A DNA stretch of 32,912 bases from Bdellovibrionota bacterium (GCA_044356295.1 JBIKWN010000024.1:1-32912); one strand, 5' to 3'. Positions 7,057-16,775 are shown, counted from the first letter of the stretch. Made by a program: numbers and translations. Notes: generated by a model not told the origin, from the sequence alone.

Positions 7057-8715
7057 TTAAGGTACAACTGGGTCAATTCGATCGATCTTTTTAAGAATCC
7101 AACCACTGACATAAAGAGCTATCCCAGTCATTAGGAAACTGATAAATCGTATAGAATCACTTGATTCCGAAACGTCGTACAGAAATAGCTTTAAAAAGGC
7201 AAAAAGAAGGATAAAAACAGATGATTTTGCGAGAGGTTTAATCTTTTTACTGAAACCTAGATATAAAATAAAACCACCAAAAAATACCCACGCAGCTGTA
7301 ACAAGAATAGAGCCAGCATCTACTAAGAATGCATACAGAGCTGCCAATCCTAAGGAGTGTCCTAGGATAAAAAAGAGCATTCCCGTACTTGAGTCTTTTA
7401 AAACTGATTGAATTCCGCGTGCGGTAAAAAGTCCAGAAAGGACAATAGCATATAAGATTGATAAAGGATCTGTCTGATGCATTGAGGAATTACCTGTTAG
7501 TTTTTCTAGTAACGAAGCATATTCGATGATTGCTACAAATAATAAACTACACTGTGCAGTAAGAGATTGTAAAAAAGATGTACGAGATACGCTTGAGAAA
7601 AAAGAGAGCAGTATGAAAAGTATCAGAACCAATGGTCTATATTCATCGGTAAATATTTCAAAATAAACTGAGTGGATAAAAGTCAAAGAGCAGTATGCTT
7701 GTACAAGGGAAGCACTTCCAGCTGGCTCTTGTAAATAACGCTTTGCAGTCAAAAATCCAAAAACAACAATCAAAGCAAGGAGCACCATGACGTAAGGCGC
7801 CAAGGAAGGCATTACATGATGAAGAGAGTTAAATTCTGAACTATAAAAGAATAAAAGTATTGGATAGAAAAAAAGTGACTCTTTAGTTGAAAGAGGACTT
7901 CGATTTACAATTGAAAAGCAGACAGTGCCTACAAATAAAACCAAGAATTGAGCAAGTTGAACGAACGCTGCAATACTTAAATAGTCCCCTTTTCCTATCG
8001 AAAGAAAAGAATACAGGCCAATTCCTAGATAAGAGGCAATTAATGTGATTGATCGACTCTTTACGAGCACTGATAGGACGGCATAGATAGATGACCAAAA
8101 GAGAAAATAGATTGAAGTCCATTCAAATGAATTCCAAGGAGTTACTATTAGAATCGGAACGGTATAAGAGCCAATAGTTGATATAACTGCAAAGACATCA
8201 GACCGAAAAACAGTAAAAAGATAAATAGAAAATAGACTCACTAGTATTGATAAACTGAGTGCGGTAGTGGGATTTAACAACTGATAATAAAGATGAGCTC
8301 CATAGAGTGCTGCATAGAGAGAACCAACACCTGCTGCTGGTAAAAATGAGGCGTACCCTGAATCCTTTTCTTTTAGCGCAAAACCAGCCCAGATGAGCAA
8401 AGCACCTAAAACTGCAGCTGCACTGCACTGCCTTGCTGGGGTCAACCAACCAAGATCAATTGCGGCAAGAATTATAAAAACTGCAGCAAGAAACAGGCAG
8501 AGAAAACCTGCAAAGGCTAAAACGTTGGCAGAGGTAAAGTACGAAGTATGGGATTCATTCGAGGTAAATGAATTATCCGAAGAATAATTAGAGGATGGGG
8601 AAGAGTTTTCGACTGGTATGGGATTTTTTTTTGCTGCAGGGTTAGGGATATTCAGTCGTTTTTCTATTACTTCCAGGCGACTTTTAATTTCATCTATCGA
8701 TATCTGATCGCTCAT
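7057..8715 (-). CDS. DUF2339-like polytopic membrane protein
   Basis: N-terminal short coil (RLEVIEKRL), then many TM helices, AIDLGWLTPARQ, and C-terminal LKLFLYDV...RFISF..TG typical of DUF2339. Confidence 0.75.
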   Translation of the reverse strand: MSDQISIDEIKSRLEVIEKRLNIPNPAAKKNPIPVENSSPSSNYSSDNSFTSNESHTSYFTSANVLAFAGFLCLFLAAVFIILAAIDLGWLTPARQCSAAAVLGALLIWAGFALKEKDSGYASFLPAAGVGSLYAALYGAHLYYQLLNPTTALSLSILVSLFSIYLFTVFRSDVFAVISTIGSYTVPILIVTPWNSFEWTSIYFLFWSSIYAVLSVLVKSRSITLIASYLGIGLYSFLSIGKGDYLSIAAFVQLAQFLVLFVGTVCFSIVNRSPLSTKESLFFYPILLFFYSSEFNSLHHVMPSLAPYVMVLLALIVVFGFLTAKRYLQEPAGSASLVQAYCSLTFIHSVYFEIFTDEYRPLVLILFILLSFFSSVSRTSFLQSLTAQCSLLFVAIIEYASLLEKLTGNSSMHQTDPLSILYAIVLSGLFTARGIQSVLKDSSTGMLFFILGHSLGLAALYAFLVDAGSILVTAAWVFFGGFILYLGFSKKIKPLAKSSVFILLFAFLKLFLYDVSESSDSIRFISFLMTGIALYVSGWILKKIDRIDPVVP

Positions 8716-8726
8716 TCATAATCCAT

Positions 8727-11462
8727 TTAAAAACTATCGTCATTATTCGGTGTTGGCGTTTCTTGAACTAAAACCTCTCTTGGTTTTATTCCATCCATTG
8801 GTCCAATCACTCCTTCTTTTTCCATGAGCTCTATAATTCTAGCAGCTCTGTTGTAGCCGATTCTAAAAACTCGCTGAACCATAGAAGTTGAAGCTTGACC
8901 TTTTTGTACTACTAACTCGACGGCTTTATCATAGAGAGGATCAAAATCTTCTTCGGAAATTCCAGAACCTTCTTGATTAGTATTTTCAGCCTCTTCCTTT
9001 AATGCTTTTTCGCAAAGATCAATAATTTTCTGATCGTAAAATGGAGAGGCTTGTTTTTTAACAGCTTCAACTACTCTAATTACTTCAGCATCAGAAACAA
9101 AAGCTCCATGGATACGTTTCAAATGTTGCGCCCCTGGTTGCATGAAAAGCATGTCACCTTTACCTAGTAGTCTTTCAGCTCCCATGCTATCAAGAATAGT
9201 TCGAGAATCGATCCTCGTTGTTACTCGAAATGATAGTCGTGCTGGGAAGTTTGCTTTAATCAATCCAGTAATAACATCAACACTTGGACGTTGTGTAGCG
9301 AGAATGAGATGAATTCCTGCGGCACGCGCTTTTTGTGCTAATCGTGTAATTAGTTCTTCGATGTCTCGTCCAACGGTCAGCATTAAATCTGCAAGCTCAT
9401 CTATAACAATGACAATTTTGGGAAGTGGTTTAAGCTCTTCGACGATTCTAACTGGCTCATCACTAAAAGCTGTTTGAAGCATTTTTGTAGTCTCGTCTTC
9501 TGGAGGTATCGTTCCCTGTTCAAGAATTTCTGCTTCAGTTAGATCGATAATACTTGCGTCAATTTTTTTCTCTTTCTCAAAAGCTTTTTCGAGTGAATCT
9601 CCTTTTACGATGGCATTGTACCCGTCGATGCTACGAACTCCGTGTTTTTGCATCACACGGTACCGCCTTTCCATCTCTTTCACTGCCCAATCAAGTACAG
9701 CTTTTGCTTGACGAGGAACGGTTACTACTGGAACTCTCAGATGTGGAATTCCGTCGTATACACTGAGCTCAAGAATTTTAGGGTCAATAAGAATTAATCC
9801 TAAGTCTGCAGGTGAAGCTTTATATAAAAGACTTACAAGAAGTGCGTTAATAGATACAGACTTACCAGTTCCCGTTGCTCCTGCCATCAAAAGATGCGGC
9901 ATTGTAGCGATATCAACAACAACAGGATCGCCGTATGTATCTTTACCAAGTGGTACAGCCAAAATTGACTCTGGGGTTTGAGCTTCAGGAGTTTCTAAGA
10001 CGTCTCTAAGTCGCACAATGTCTCGGTGTTTATTAGGGACTTCGATTCCTACAGTTCCTTTTCGTGGTATCGGAGCAATTATTCGAATTGACGATGCTCG
10101 CAGACTCATCGCAAGGTCATCTTGGAGTGCGGCAATTTTACCAACTTTAACACCTGGTGCAGGTTCAAATTCAAAAAGAGTAATAACTGGGCCAGGATGA
10201 ACTTCTGTAACTCTTCCGTGAATATTGAAATCTCTAAGCTTTAACTCAATCTGTCTTGATTTTTGAATAAGCTCGTCATCATCTTCGCTCTGAACAGGAA
10301 CATCTGCTGCAGTTAAAAGTGAATACGATGGACGTTGATAGCCACTAAAGTCAGGTGCCTCTTCTATAACTTGCTTCTTTTTTTGACGAACGGAAGTCTC
10401 TTTAGTTTTTACAGACTCTGTGGTGTCACTTTTTGAATTCTCAGCAGCAAGATTGGCTCTTCTTGATACGACAACATGTGAAAAAAATTCATCTGAATCG
10501 ACGGCATCTGTGTCGTCTTTAGAAACCTCTGATTGATCCTCAATTTCGACATCATCGAGAAGCGATTTTGATGGACTCTTTTTTTTGCTTTCAATTCCTA
10601 ACTCAAAAGCACCGTATAAATTTTCAGTAGGGATTGTATCTGTAAATTCTTCAGAGTCTTGATCTGAGAAAAAAGATTCAGTCTTCTGATTTTTACTTTT
10701 TACCAGAGTGCTTTTTTCAATCAGTAATTTTTCCGGTTTTAAGGCTCGAGGCTTTGGGATAGTTATCTCGGATCTGTTTGCAGGTCCTGAAAATGCTTGA
10801 TTCCAACCATATTTTAATCCGCGAAAAAGCAGCTGTGTGGTTGAAACAGTTGTAAAGGCAGCTGCAGTGCTATACAAAAGACCTTGCTGGGCGATAAACG
10901 TCGCACCAGTGGCTAGTTCGGCTACTGACCTTTTTAGTGCTAGCGAAAGTCCAGCAATACAGGTTGCTATTAAAAGAATCGAGACTCCAAACCCACCGAG
11001 AACTCTTTTCAGTGGTGCCCCTATATAAATTCCGATCTGCCCGCCGAGCTCAAGCTTAAAAAAACTAAGCCCTGCACCAAGTGAAATCAGAACAATGGAC
11101 AAACCAAAAAGTGGAATTAAAACAGAACGAACAGAGAGTGCATTTGGTTTCTCATCTAATTGCCATAAGGCTAAACCAATCCAGACAAGCCAAAGAACTG
11201 GAACAATACCAGCCGCGCCAAACAATTTAGTAAATAGAAGTGCGATATACGTGCCAACTGCTCCCATTCCAGAGAGAAACTCAGTGGCTCCGAATAAACA
11301 AGAAATAACTGCGAGACCTAAGTAAAAAGCGAAAGCAAAAAAAATAATTGCTGCAACTTCATTTCCCCAACCTGTATGACTTGAATCATCAACCCAATCA
11401 TACGCTTTCTTTGAGCGTTTTCCTTTAGAGTCTAATTTTCTTCGCCCGGTTGATACTGCCAT
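8727..11462 (-). CDS. ftsK: DNA translocase FtsK/SpoIIIE
   Basis: N-terminal 4TM region, long linker, GPVITLFE, MPHLLMAGATGTGKS, IDPK, IDELADLM, ATQRPSVDVITG, gamma domain IGYNRAARII. Confidence 0.98.
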   Translation of the reverse strand: MAVSTGRRKLDSKGKRSKKAYDWVDDSSHTGWGNEVAAIIFFAFAFYLGLAVISCLFGATEFLSGMGAVGTYIALLFTKLFGAAGIVPVLWLVWIGLALWQLDEKPNALSVRSVLIPLFGLSIVLISLGAGLSFFKLELGGQIGIYIGAPLKRVLGGFGVSILLIATCIAGLSLALKRSVAELATGATFIAQQGLLYSTAAAFTTVSTTQLLFRGLKYGWNQAFSGPANRSEITIPKPRALKPEKLLIEKSTLVKSKNQKTESFFSDQDSEEFTDTIPTENLYGAFELGIESKKKSPSKSLLDDVEIEDQSEVSKDDTDAVDSDEFFSHVVVSRRANLAAENSKSDTTESVKTKETSVRQKKKQVIEEAPDFSGYQRPSYSLLTAADVPVQSEDDDELIQKSRQIELKLRDFNIHGRVTEVHPGPVITLFEFEPAPGVKVGKIAALQDDLAMSLRASSIRIIAPIPRKGTVGIEVPNKHRDIVRLRDVLETPEAQTPESILAVPLGKDTYGDPVVVDIATMPHLLMAGATGTGKSVSINALLVSLLYKASPADLGLILIDPKILELSVYDGIPHLRVPVVTVPRQAKAVLDWAVKEMERRYRVMQKHGVRSIDGYNAIVKGDSLEKAFEKEKKIDASIIDLTEAEILEQGTIPPEDETTKMLQTAFSDEPVRIVEELKPLPKIVIVIDELADLMLTVGRDIEELITRLAQKARAAGIHLILATQRPSVDVITGLIKANFPARLSFRVTTRIDSRTILDSMGAERLLGKGDMLFMQPGAQHLKRIHGAFVSDAEVIRVVEAVKKQASPFYDQKIIDLCEKALKEEAENTNQEGSGISEEDFDPLYDKAVELVVQKGQASTSMVQRVFRIGYNRAARIIELMEKEGVIGPMDGIKPREVLVQETPTPNNDDSF

Positions 11463-11479
11463 ATCCGTACATGTTGAAA

Positions 11480-12145
11480 TTAATTAATTAAAAATTGCTT
11501 AGTTCTTAATTCATCAAGCTCTCGAAATACTTTTCTTATACTTCTTGAAAAAACTGATGCTGCTGTTGCATACCCGGCGCTTCCGCCTTTTTGATCGATG
11601 GTGTCCTCGGCACTGAGTAGATTCTCGGTTAGTGACTGATCGTGGAAATCGAATGATTTCATGAATACAACTTTTTTATCTGAAATACGAACAAGCTCTA
11701 GTAAGTAAGATACTTGTGAAAGTTTTGTGGCAGCCATCGCAGAACCAGCCCGCTCAGTATAATTATCTATTGTAATAACAAGACATGAATCTGCATTCGC
11801 AATTCTTGCACCTTCACAAATCGAACGAGAAGTTATATCAGATTTATCTTTGACCAAAGACATAGATGATTCTGCTGAAAACGCTTCACTAATCATTGCC
11901 TTAACATGGGATGGGTCTGCTTCAACAGATGGTCCCGCAAATACTGGGGGCGCAATGTAAACAGAGTTTATCGAAAGGAGCTCTTTTGATGATTGCTGAT
12001 TATTTTTGCTTTCAAATGATAAGGCTGCAGGCCTTTGTTCAGATACATTTGATAGTGCGGCTGGTGACTTCGAAGAACAACCTGATAAAAATACAATAAA
12101 GACACTAAAGAGCGCCACCTGGAGGAGAGTAAAAATCGATTTCAT
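11480..12145 (-). CDS. Putative lipoprotein (possible CsgG/LpoB-like fold)
   Basis: From ATG 12145: MKS + hydrophobic stretch + lipobox LSGC. Pattern GARIANADSCLVITI...LELVRISDKKVVF resembles CsgG/LpoB-like proteins. Confidence 0.7.
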   Translation of the reverse strand: MKSIFTLLQVALFSVFIVFLSGCSSKSPAALSNVSEQRPAALSFESKNNQQSSKELLSINSVYIAPPVFAGPSVEADPSHVKAMISEAFSAESSMSLVKDKSDITSRSICEGARIANADSCLVITIDNYTERAGSAMAATKLSQVSYLLELVRISDKKVVFMKSFDFHDQSLTENLLSAEDTIDQKGGSAGYATAASVFSRSIRKVFRELDELRTKQFLIN

Positions 12146-12219
12146 ATATCTCACAAGTATCAAGTCTAGGGTGAATTCTGGCAAGCCACTATAAACAGTG
12201 ATCTTTTGTTGGAAATGGG

Positions 12220-12268
12220 TTGATAAATCCTTTAACTTCTTATCAAATATGGGGGTAAATTTTTACCC
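12220..12268. promoter_or_regulatory. Two inverted repeats in a divergent promoter region
   Basis: TTGATAA-N13-TTATCAA (12220-12246) and GGGTAAA-TT-TTTACCC (12253-12268). Confidence 0.5.
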
Positions 12269-12282
12269 AACTCGGAACGAAT

Positions 12283-12753
12283 ATGTCTAATCGCGCTACA
12301 GAAAAAATTATGGAAGCTCTTTCTCAACTCCTTGAGGGATTTGCGGAGCTTCAAGATTCACTTGATACAGAATATGGTGAAGTCGAAGATGATGAGGATA
12401 AGGATGATGATGCAACAGACATTGTCGATCCTGATGCTGCAATCATTAAAGAACTAAAGATTGCAATTGAAGGAAGTATCGAAACTGATGACTACACCCC
12501 TGAAGAAATTGCCAACTTAATTGCAGCTTTAACAGAAGCGCTCGAAGAAGTTGATCCAAATGTCTTCGCTGATAGTTCCGAAGATGACGAGGAAGAAGAG
12601 GAAGAGGATGACGACGATTACGAAGATGATGACGACGATCTCGACCTCGATGAGGATGAAGATGAAGAAGAAATAGAGGAAGAAGAGGAAGACGAAGACG
12701 ATGAGGACGAAGCACCGAAAAAACGGGGCGGCGCAAAAGGTAGAAAAAGATAG
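12283..12753 (+). CDS. Highly acidic hypothetical protein with basic C-terminal tip
   Basis: About 71 of 156 residues are D/E (manual count); amphipathic helices in the N-terminal part; ends PKKRGGAKGRKR. Confidence 0.88.
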   Translation: MSNRATEKIMEALSQLLEGFAELQDSLDTEYGEVEDDEDKDDDATDIVDPDAAIIKELKIAIEGSIETDDYTPEEIANLIAALTEALEEVDPNVFADSSEDDEEEEEEDDDDYEDDDDDLDLDEDEDEEEIEEEEEDEDDEDEAPKKRGGAKGRKR

Positions 12754-12755
12754 CG

Positions 12756-13973
12756 CTACTCAGCTATAAGTCGGTACTCAGACCACCCAGAAAGCGGCGA
12801 TTTATCGACCGCTTTTTTTATGTCTTCTCTCGTAATAGCTAGAATTTTTTCTGCGATTTCAGCTAAAGGTGTAACTTTTTCTCTATAAGCCCAATCGTTT
12901 CCTATGGACATAAGTCTTCCTATTGGTAACTCTCCACTAAGAACTACTCTAGTAGCAATTTTTCTTTTTGCTCTCTCGAGATCTTCATCTGAGAAATTTA
13001 ATGGATTGTTTGAAATCGAAAGGATTTTTTCTTTGACCAGCTCTAACTTATCAGATTCAGTCACTGCATAAATCATCATGCAACCTGTGCCGTCTCTTTC
13101 GTCAGAATCGAATATGCATGCTTCACATAAACCGGCTTCAACAAGTTCCCAATATAATTTCGAACCACTTCCATCTCCAATGATTATCGATAAAGTCGAA
13201 AGAGCGTATCGATTTTCATCTTGTGCACCGATTCCGTTGGTAACCAAAAGAAGATGTGATTGATTGAGATCTTTTTTCGAAAAAATATGATTATCTGGGA
13301 CAGTTCTTTTGTATGGAGCTGCTTTTCGCCCAGCTTCAAATGGTTTCCAGGAACCGCAATGTAACTCTGCATCTCGAACTGCTTTTTCAAAATCAAAATT
13401 ACCAGTTATTACCAGCGACATATTTACTGGTGAATATCTTCTTTCGAAATACGACAGCATTTCATCCCTGGTAATATCAGTAATAGATTGTGTAGTACCA
13501 AGAACAGAATTACCCGCAGGATGTTTGTCGAAAAATCTTCCTAGACCCTGCTCAAAAAGAACGAACTGAGGCCTGTCTTGATACAACGCGATCTCTTCAA
13601 GGATTACATTTTTTTCAGTATCAAAATCCTCCTGCGTTAATGATGGACGAAGCATATCCGAGAGTAGCTCTTGCATCTTTGAGAGATTCTCAGGAAGTAT
13701 CGTTCCGTAGAATACAGTCATTTCCTCTGAAGTATAAGCATTTGCTTGTGCACCAAGACTCCCCAATTCATAGGTGATATCCATAGCGCTTCGTTTTTTT
13801 GTTCCTTTAAACATCATGTGTTCTAAGAAATGCGACACACCAGACTCTCGAATTGTTTCATCGCGAGCACCTGTTTTTACAAAGAAGCCAATAGACGAGC
13901 TTTGTGCATTTGGATTCGGTTCACCAAGAATCGTTAATCCGTTTGAGAGCTTTTCAGTAAGAATCTTTTTCAT
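12756..13973 (-). CDS. M16B zinc peptidase, catalytic subunit
   Basis: GVSHFLEHMMFKG (HxxEH), NAYTS, EKNVILEE. Confidence 0.95.
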   Translation of the reverse strand: MKKILTEKLSNGLTILGEPNPNAQSSSIGFFVKTGARDETIRESGVSHFLEHMMFKGTKKRSAMDITYELGSLGAQANAYTSEEMTVFYGTILPENLSKMQELLSDMLRPSLTQEDFDTEKNVILEEIALYQDRPQFVLFEQGLGRFFDKHPAGNSVLGTTQSITDITRDEMLSYFERRYSPVNMSLVITGNFDFEKAVRDAELHCGSWKPFEAGRKAAPYKRTVPDNHIFSKKDLNQSHLLLVTNGIGAQDENRYALSTLSIIIGDGSGSKLYWELVEAGLCEACIFDSDERDGTGCMMIYAVTESDKLELVKEKILSISNNPLNFSDEDLERAKRKIATRVVLSGELPIGRLMSIGNDWAYREKVTPLAEIAEKILAITREDIKKAVDKSPLSGWSEYRLIAE

Positions 13974-13978
13974 AGGTA

Positions 13979-15217
13979 TTATTTTGTAATATCAGTAGAG
14001 CCGAGGGTCACGATTGTATAATTCGATGGGTCATAGAGTTCAATTGTTTTATCAATTTCTACTGTTGTTGTTTGTTGAATAGCCTCAGAAACTTCTTTCA
14101 ATGTTCTGACTCTACCGGATATCCAATAATCTCCAGCATTCGAACCTGCTCGTGATGCGGCTGATTCTTCGCCAATCACTAAATTCGACTGTAGATTAGC
14201 TTTTGCTCTAATCAATTCTTCGTCAGTGACCGTTCCTCGGAGACCTTTAATAGTATCCATCATCACCGTGAGTGTTTCTTTAGCTCTCTCAGGTGTTGTC
14301 CCTGAATACGCTGAGACACTTCCAGCAAAACGACCACCTTGGTGTCTTGAATAGACTGAATAGCAAAGCCCTCTTTTTTCGCGAACTTCAATAAAGAGCC
14401 GTCCAAACATTCCGCCCGAAAGAACTTCATTTGCAACTTTTGATGCATAATAAAGTGGGTCTCCAAACTTTGCAGATGGATACGCAAGACATATCTGAAC
14501 CTGAGAAGTTTCTCTTTGTAAGTGTGTTTTTGTAGGAGGTTGAATTCCTGTAAAAGATGGAAGCGATGGTGCTTCACCTTTCCAGTCTCCAAACAACGAA
14601 GTAATCACAGACAAGATTGATTTTGGCTCAAAATTTCCTGCTATTGAAAGAATAGAGCCCTTCGGTTTGATAAATGTATTTTGAATATTGAGTGCTGATT
14701 GACGAGATATAGAATCAACTGTTTCAAGATCGACAACACTCAATCGGTTATACGGCGCAGGCATGAATCGTTTACTGAGTTCCATGTTCGTACGTCTTGC
14801 AGGATTATCATCAACAGATCGTGCATCCATTACCAGAAGTTCTTTAATAGGTGCAATTTCCTGCTCGGGAAAAGTAGGCGCTAATACTTTTAAAGAAAGT
14901 AATGAAAGTGTTTCCTGAAGAACATCTTTTAACGCTGTAGCCCTGTACACAAAACGATCTGAACCTGTCGACGTACCGTGCCTTGCTCCTAATTTATCAA
15001 ACGCGTCACTCAGTTCTCGAGAACTATACCCATCAACACCTCGCTCAATAAGCTCAGAAAATAACAGTGATACACCGAGCGTATTGGAATCATCATGTAT
15101 GAGACCACCTGGAACGTGGAGCTCTACAGATACCGATTCAAAATGAGGCATTGGCTCTAGAATTACGGTGAGCCCATTAGGCAAAGTTTCTATAATTGGT
15201 TCTGGTGATGTTTTCAT
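13979..15217 (-). CDS. M16B peptidase, non-catalytic partner subunit
   Basis: Lacks HxxEH (GVSLLFSELIERG) but has GGMFGRLFIEVREKRGLCYSV with the conserved R/Y pair. Confidence 0.92.
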   Translation of the reverse strand: MKTSPEPIIETLPNGLTVILEPMPHFESVSVELHVPGGLIHDDSNTLGVSLLFSELIERGVDGYSSRELSDAFDKLGARHGTSTGSDRFVYRATALKDVLQETLSLLSLKVLAPTFPEQEIAPIKELLVMDARSVDDNPARRTNMELSKRFMPAPYNRLSVVDLETVDSISRQSALNIQNTFIKPKGSILSIAGNFEPKSILSVITSLFGDWKGEAPSLPSFTGIQPPTKTHLQRETSQVQICLAYPSAKFGDPLYYASKVANEVLSGGMFGRLFIEVREKRGLCYSVYSRHQGGRFAGSVSAYSGTTPERAKETLTVMMDTIKGLRGTVTDEELIRAKANLQSNLVIGEESAASRAGSNAGDYWISGRVRTLKEVSEAIQQTTTVEIDKTIELYDPSNYTIVTLGSTDITK

Positions 15218-16458
15218 GCTTCTTGAGTTGATTGTAAAAGAATAAGTGATTCGAGGGAAACAGATTTTGAATCGGCCTTAGGATGCAAGGACGAGAAAAA
15301 AAGACTTAATTCAAGGGGTAAATGTACTTCTGTTTCTGGTGGAAGGAGCGATCTTTGGATTTCTTCAACCGAGATAATCTTGGGATCCTTTGCGCAAACC
15401 AACAAAGATTCAATACCGTCTGCCTGAAGTACAATTCCGCTTTTTTTGAGAGCACCAATAATTGGCTTTATCACGATAGAACTAGTACCAAGTTTTTCGC
15501 ACAGTGAAAGTTCAGTCATGCCCCTACTTCCACAATAGAAAGATTTTCCTATAAGGATTAAGGTTTGTATCGCTAACAGTAAAGCTCCATCGCCAATAGA
15601 GGTTACCTGCTTTTTCCAGATTTTTCCTGATATAGGTAGATGTTGAAACTGATAACTTACTTCACAACCGAATAAAATTATTGTCCAGGTTAAATATAAC
15701 CAGAAGAGAAAGATCGGAATAACCGCAACAGCACCGTAGATTTTATCATACGAAGTGAAATGCACTAAATAAAAAGTAAAATAATACTTAGCGACACCAA
15801 AAAGAAGTGCTGTAATAAAAGCTCCAAAAAGTGCAGAGTTCACTTTTACCGGCGCTTTCGGAATTAAAAAGAACAGCATGAAAAATGCCGCGCCGTCTAT
15901 TAAAAAAGAAACAACGTGGTTATACACTTCTGAAAACGGTTGCAGTGCTTCGATGCCCATCAAAAATGGCTCAATACGAAGTTTTGTTGTGTAGTAAGCT
16001 GACACTAAGAGTATTGGGGTGATAACTAAAATAGCACAGAAAATTGAGATTCGTTGAGCTATTGAACGTGGTTCAAACACTTGCCAGGTTTCATTGAGTG
16101 CATATTCAATTGAATTAATTAACAGAAGAGCAGTAACTCCGAAGAATACAATGGCAAGAACGGAAAAACTTGAAGAATTCAGAGCTTGATCGATTTTTGA
16201 AAGCTCTTCGAGGATCGTTGATACGGTCTGCTGGTTTGGAACAAACTGTCTGAATATAAACTCCCTCACTTTCAGAAGGTCTTGATTTGAAACTGCAAAT
16301 GAAGCAAGAAAACCGAACCCAAGGAATGTAATTGGAACCAATGAAATTAAAGATGTATAGGCTAGAGAAGCAGCTTTCGAAAAGCCATTGTCCCAGTAAA
16401 ACCGCTCAACCGCAGAGCGTATGACATGAAAAATCCATCGAATTACCTGTGTACTCAT
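15214..16458 (-). CDS. YihY/BrkB family inner membrane protein with C-terminal wHTH-like extension
   Basis: AASLAYTSLISLVP, IEYALNETW, YDKIYGAVAVIPIFLFWLYLTWTIILFG; C-terminal LCEKLG...LKKSGIV...KDPKIISVEEI. Confidence 0.92.
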   Translation of the reverse strand: MSTQVIRWIFHVIRSAVERFYWDNGFSKAASLAYTSLISLVPITFLGFGFLASFAVSNQDLLKVREFIFRQFVPNQQTVSTILEELSKIDQALNSSSFSVLAIVFFGVTALLLINSIEYALNETWQVFEPRSIAQRISIFCAILVITPILLVSAYYTTKLRIEPFLMGIEALQPFSEVYNHVVSFLIDGAAFFMLFFLIPKAPVKVNSALFGAFITALLFGVAKYYFTFYLVHFTSYDKIYGAVAVIPIFLFWLYLTWTIILFGCEVSYQFQHLPISGKIWKKQVTSIGDGALLLAIQTLILIGKSFYCGSRGMTELSLCEKLGTSSIVIKPIIGALKKSGIVLQADGIESLLVCAKDPKIISVEEIQRSLLPPETEVHLPLELSLFFSSLHPKADSKSVSLESLILLQSTQEA

Positions 16459-16487
16459 CTTCTGGTTATGTTACCTTACTTTCTACT

Positions 16488-16775
16488 ATGGAGACCATCT
16501 GTTATCGATGCAAATCAACAGTCCAATATGATGGAAAAATCGGGCGAAGGGATTCTTGCTCTTCTTGTGGGGTAAGCCTTCACGCCTGTAAATTTTGTCA
16601 TTTTTATGACTTGAAATCATATAATGAATGCCGAGAAACAAGCGCTGATCGGGTTGTCGATAAAGAGAAAGAGAACTACTGCGATTATTTCAAGATGAAC
16701 TCCAAGACAGCAGCTCAAACAAATGAGTCACCAAAAGAAGCTGCAAAAAAGAAACTAGACGACCTTTTTAAGTAG
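16488..16775 (+). CDS. Small Cys-rich (probable zinc-binding) hypothetical protein
   Basis: From ATG 16488: CYRC, CSSC, CKFC plus two further Cys; ends AKKKLDDLFK. Confidence 0.85.
   Translation: METICYRCKSTVQYDGKIGRRDSCSSCGVSLHACKFCHFYDLKSYNECRETSADRVVDKEKENYCDYFKMNSKTAAQTNESPKEAAKKKLDDLFK

Noticed and set aside
12580..12712. GAA/GAT/GAC/GAG-rich low-complexity DNA as a tandem repeat, and antisense ORF 12446-12736
   Set aside because: Explained by the poly-Asp/Glu coding tract with mixed synonymous codons; the antisense ORF is its shadow.
12751..12758. Palindrome TAGCGCTA formed by two convergent stop codons, and the similar stop overlap at 2267-2270
   Set aside because: A by-product of convergent stops in a compact genome; too short to imply function.
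16466..16476. TTATGTTACCT resembles the XerD arm of dif (TTATGTTAAAT)
   Set aside because: No XerC-like arm at the correct spacing; partial match only.
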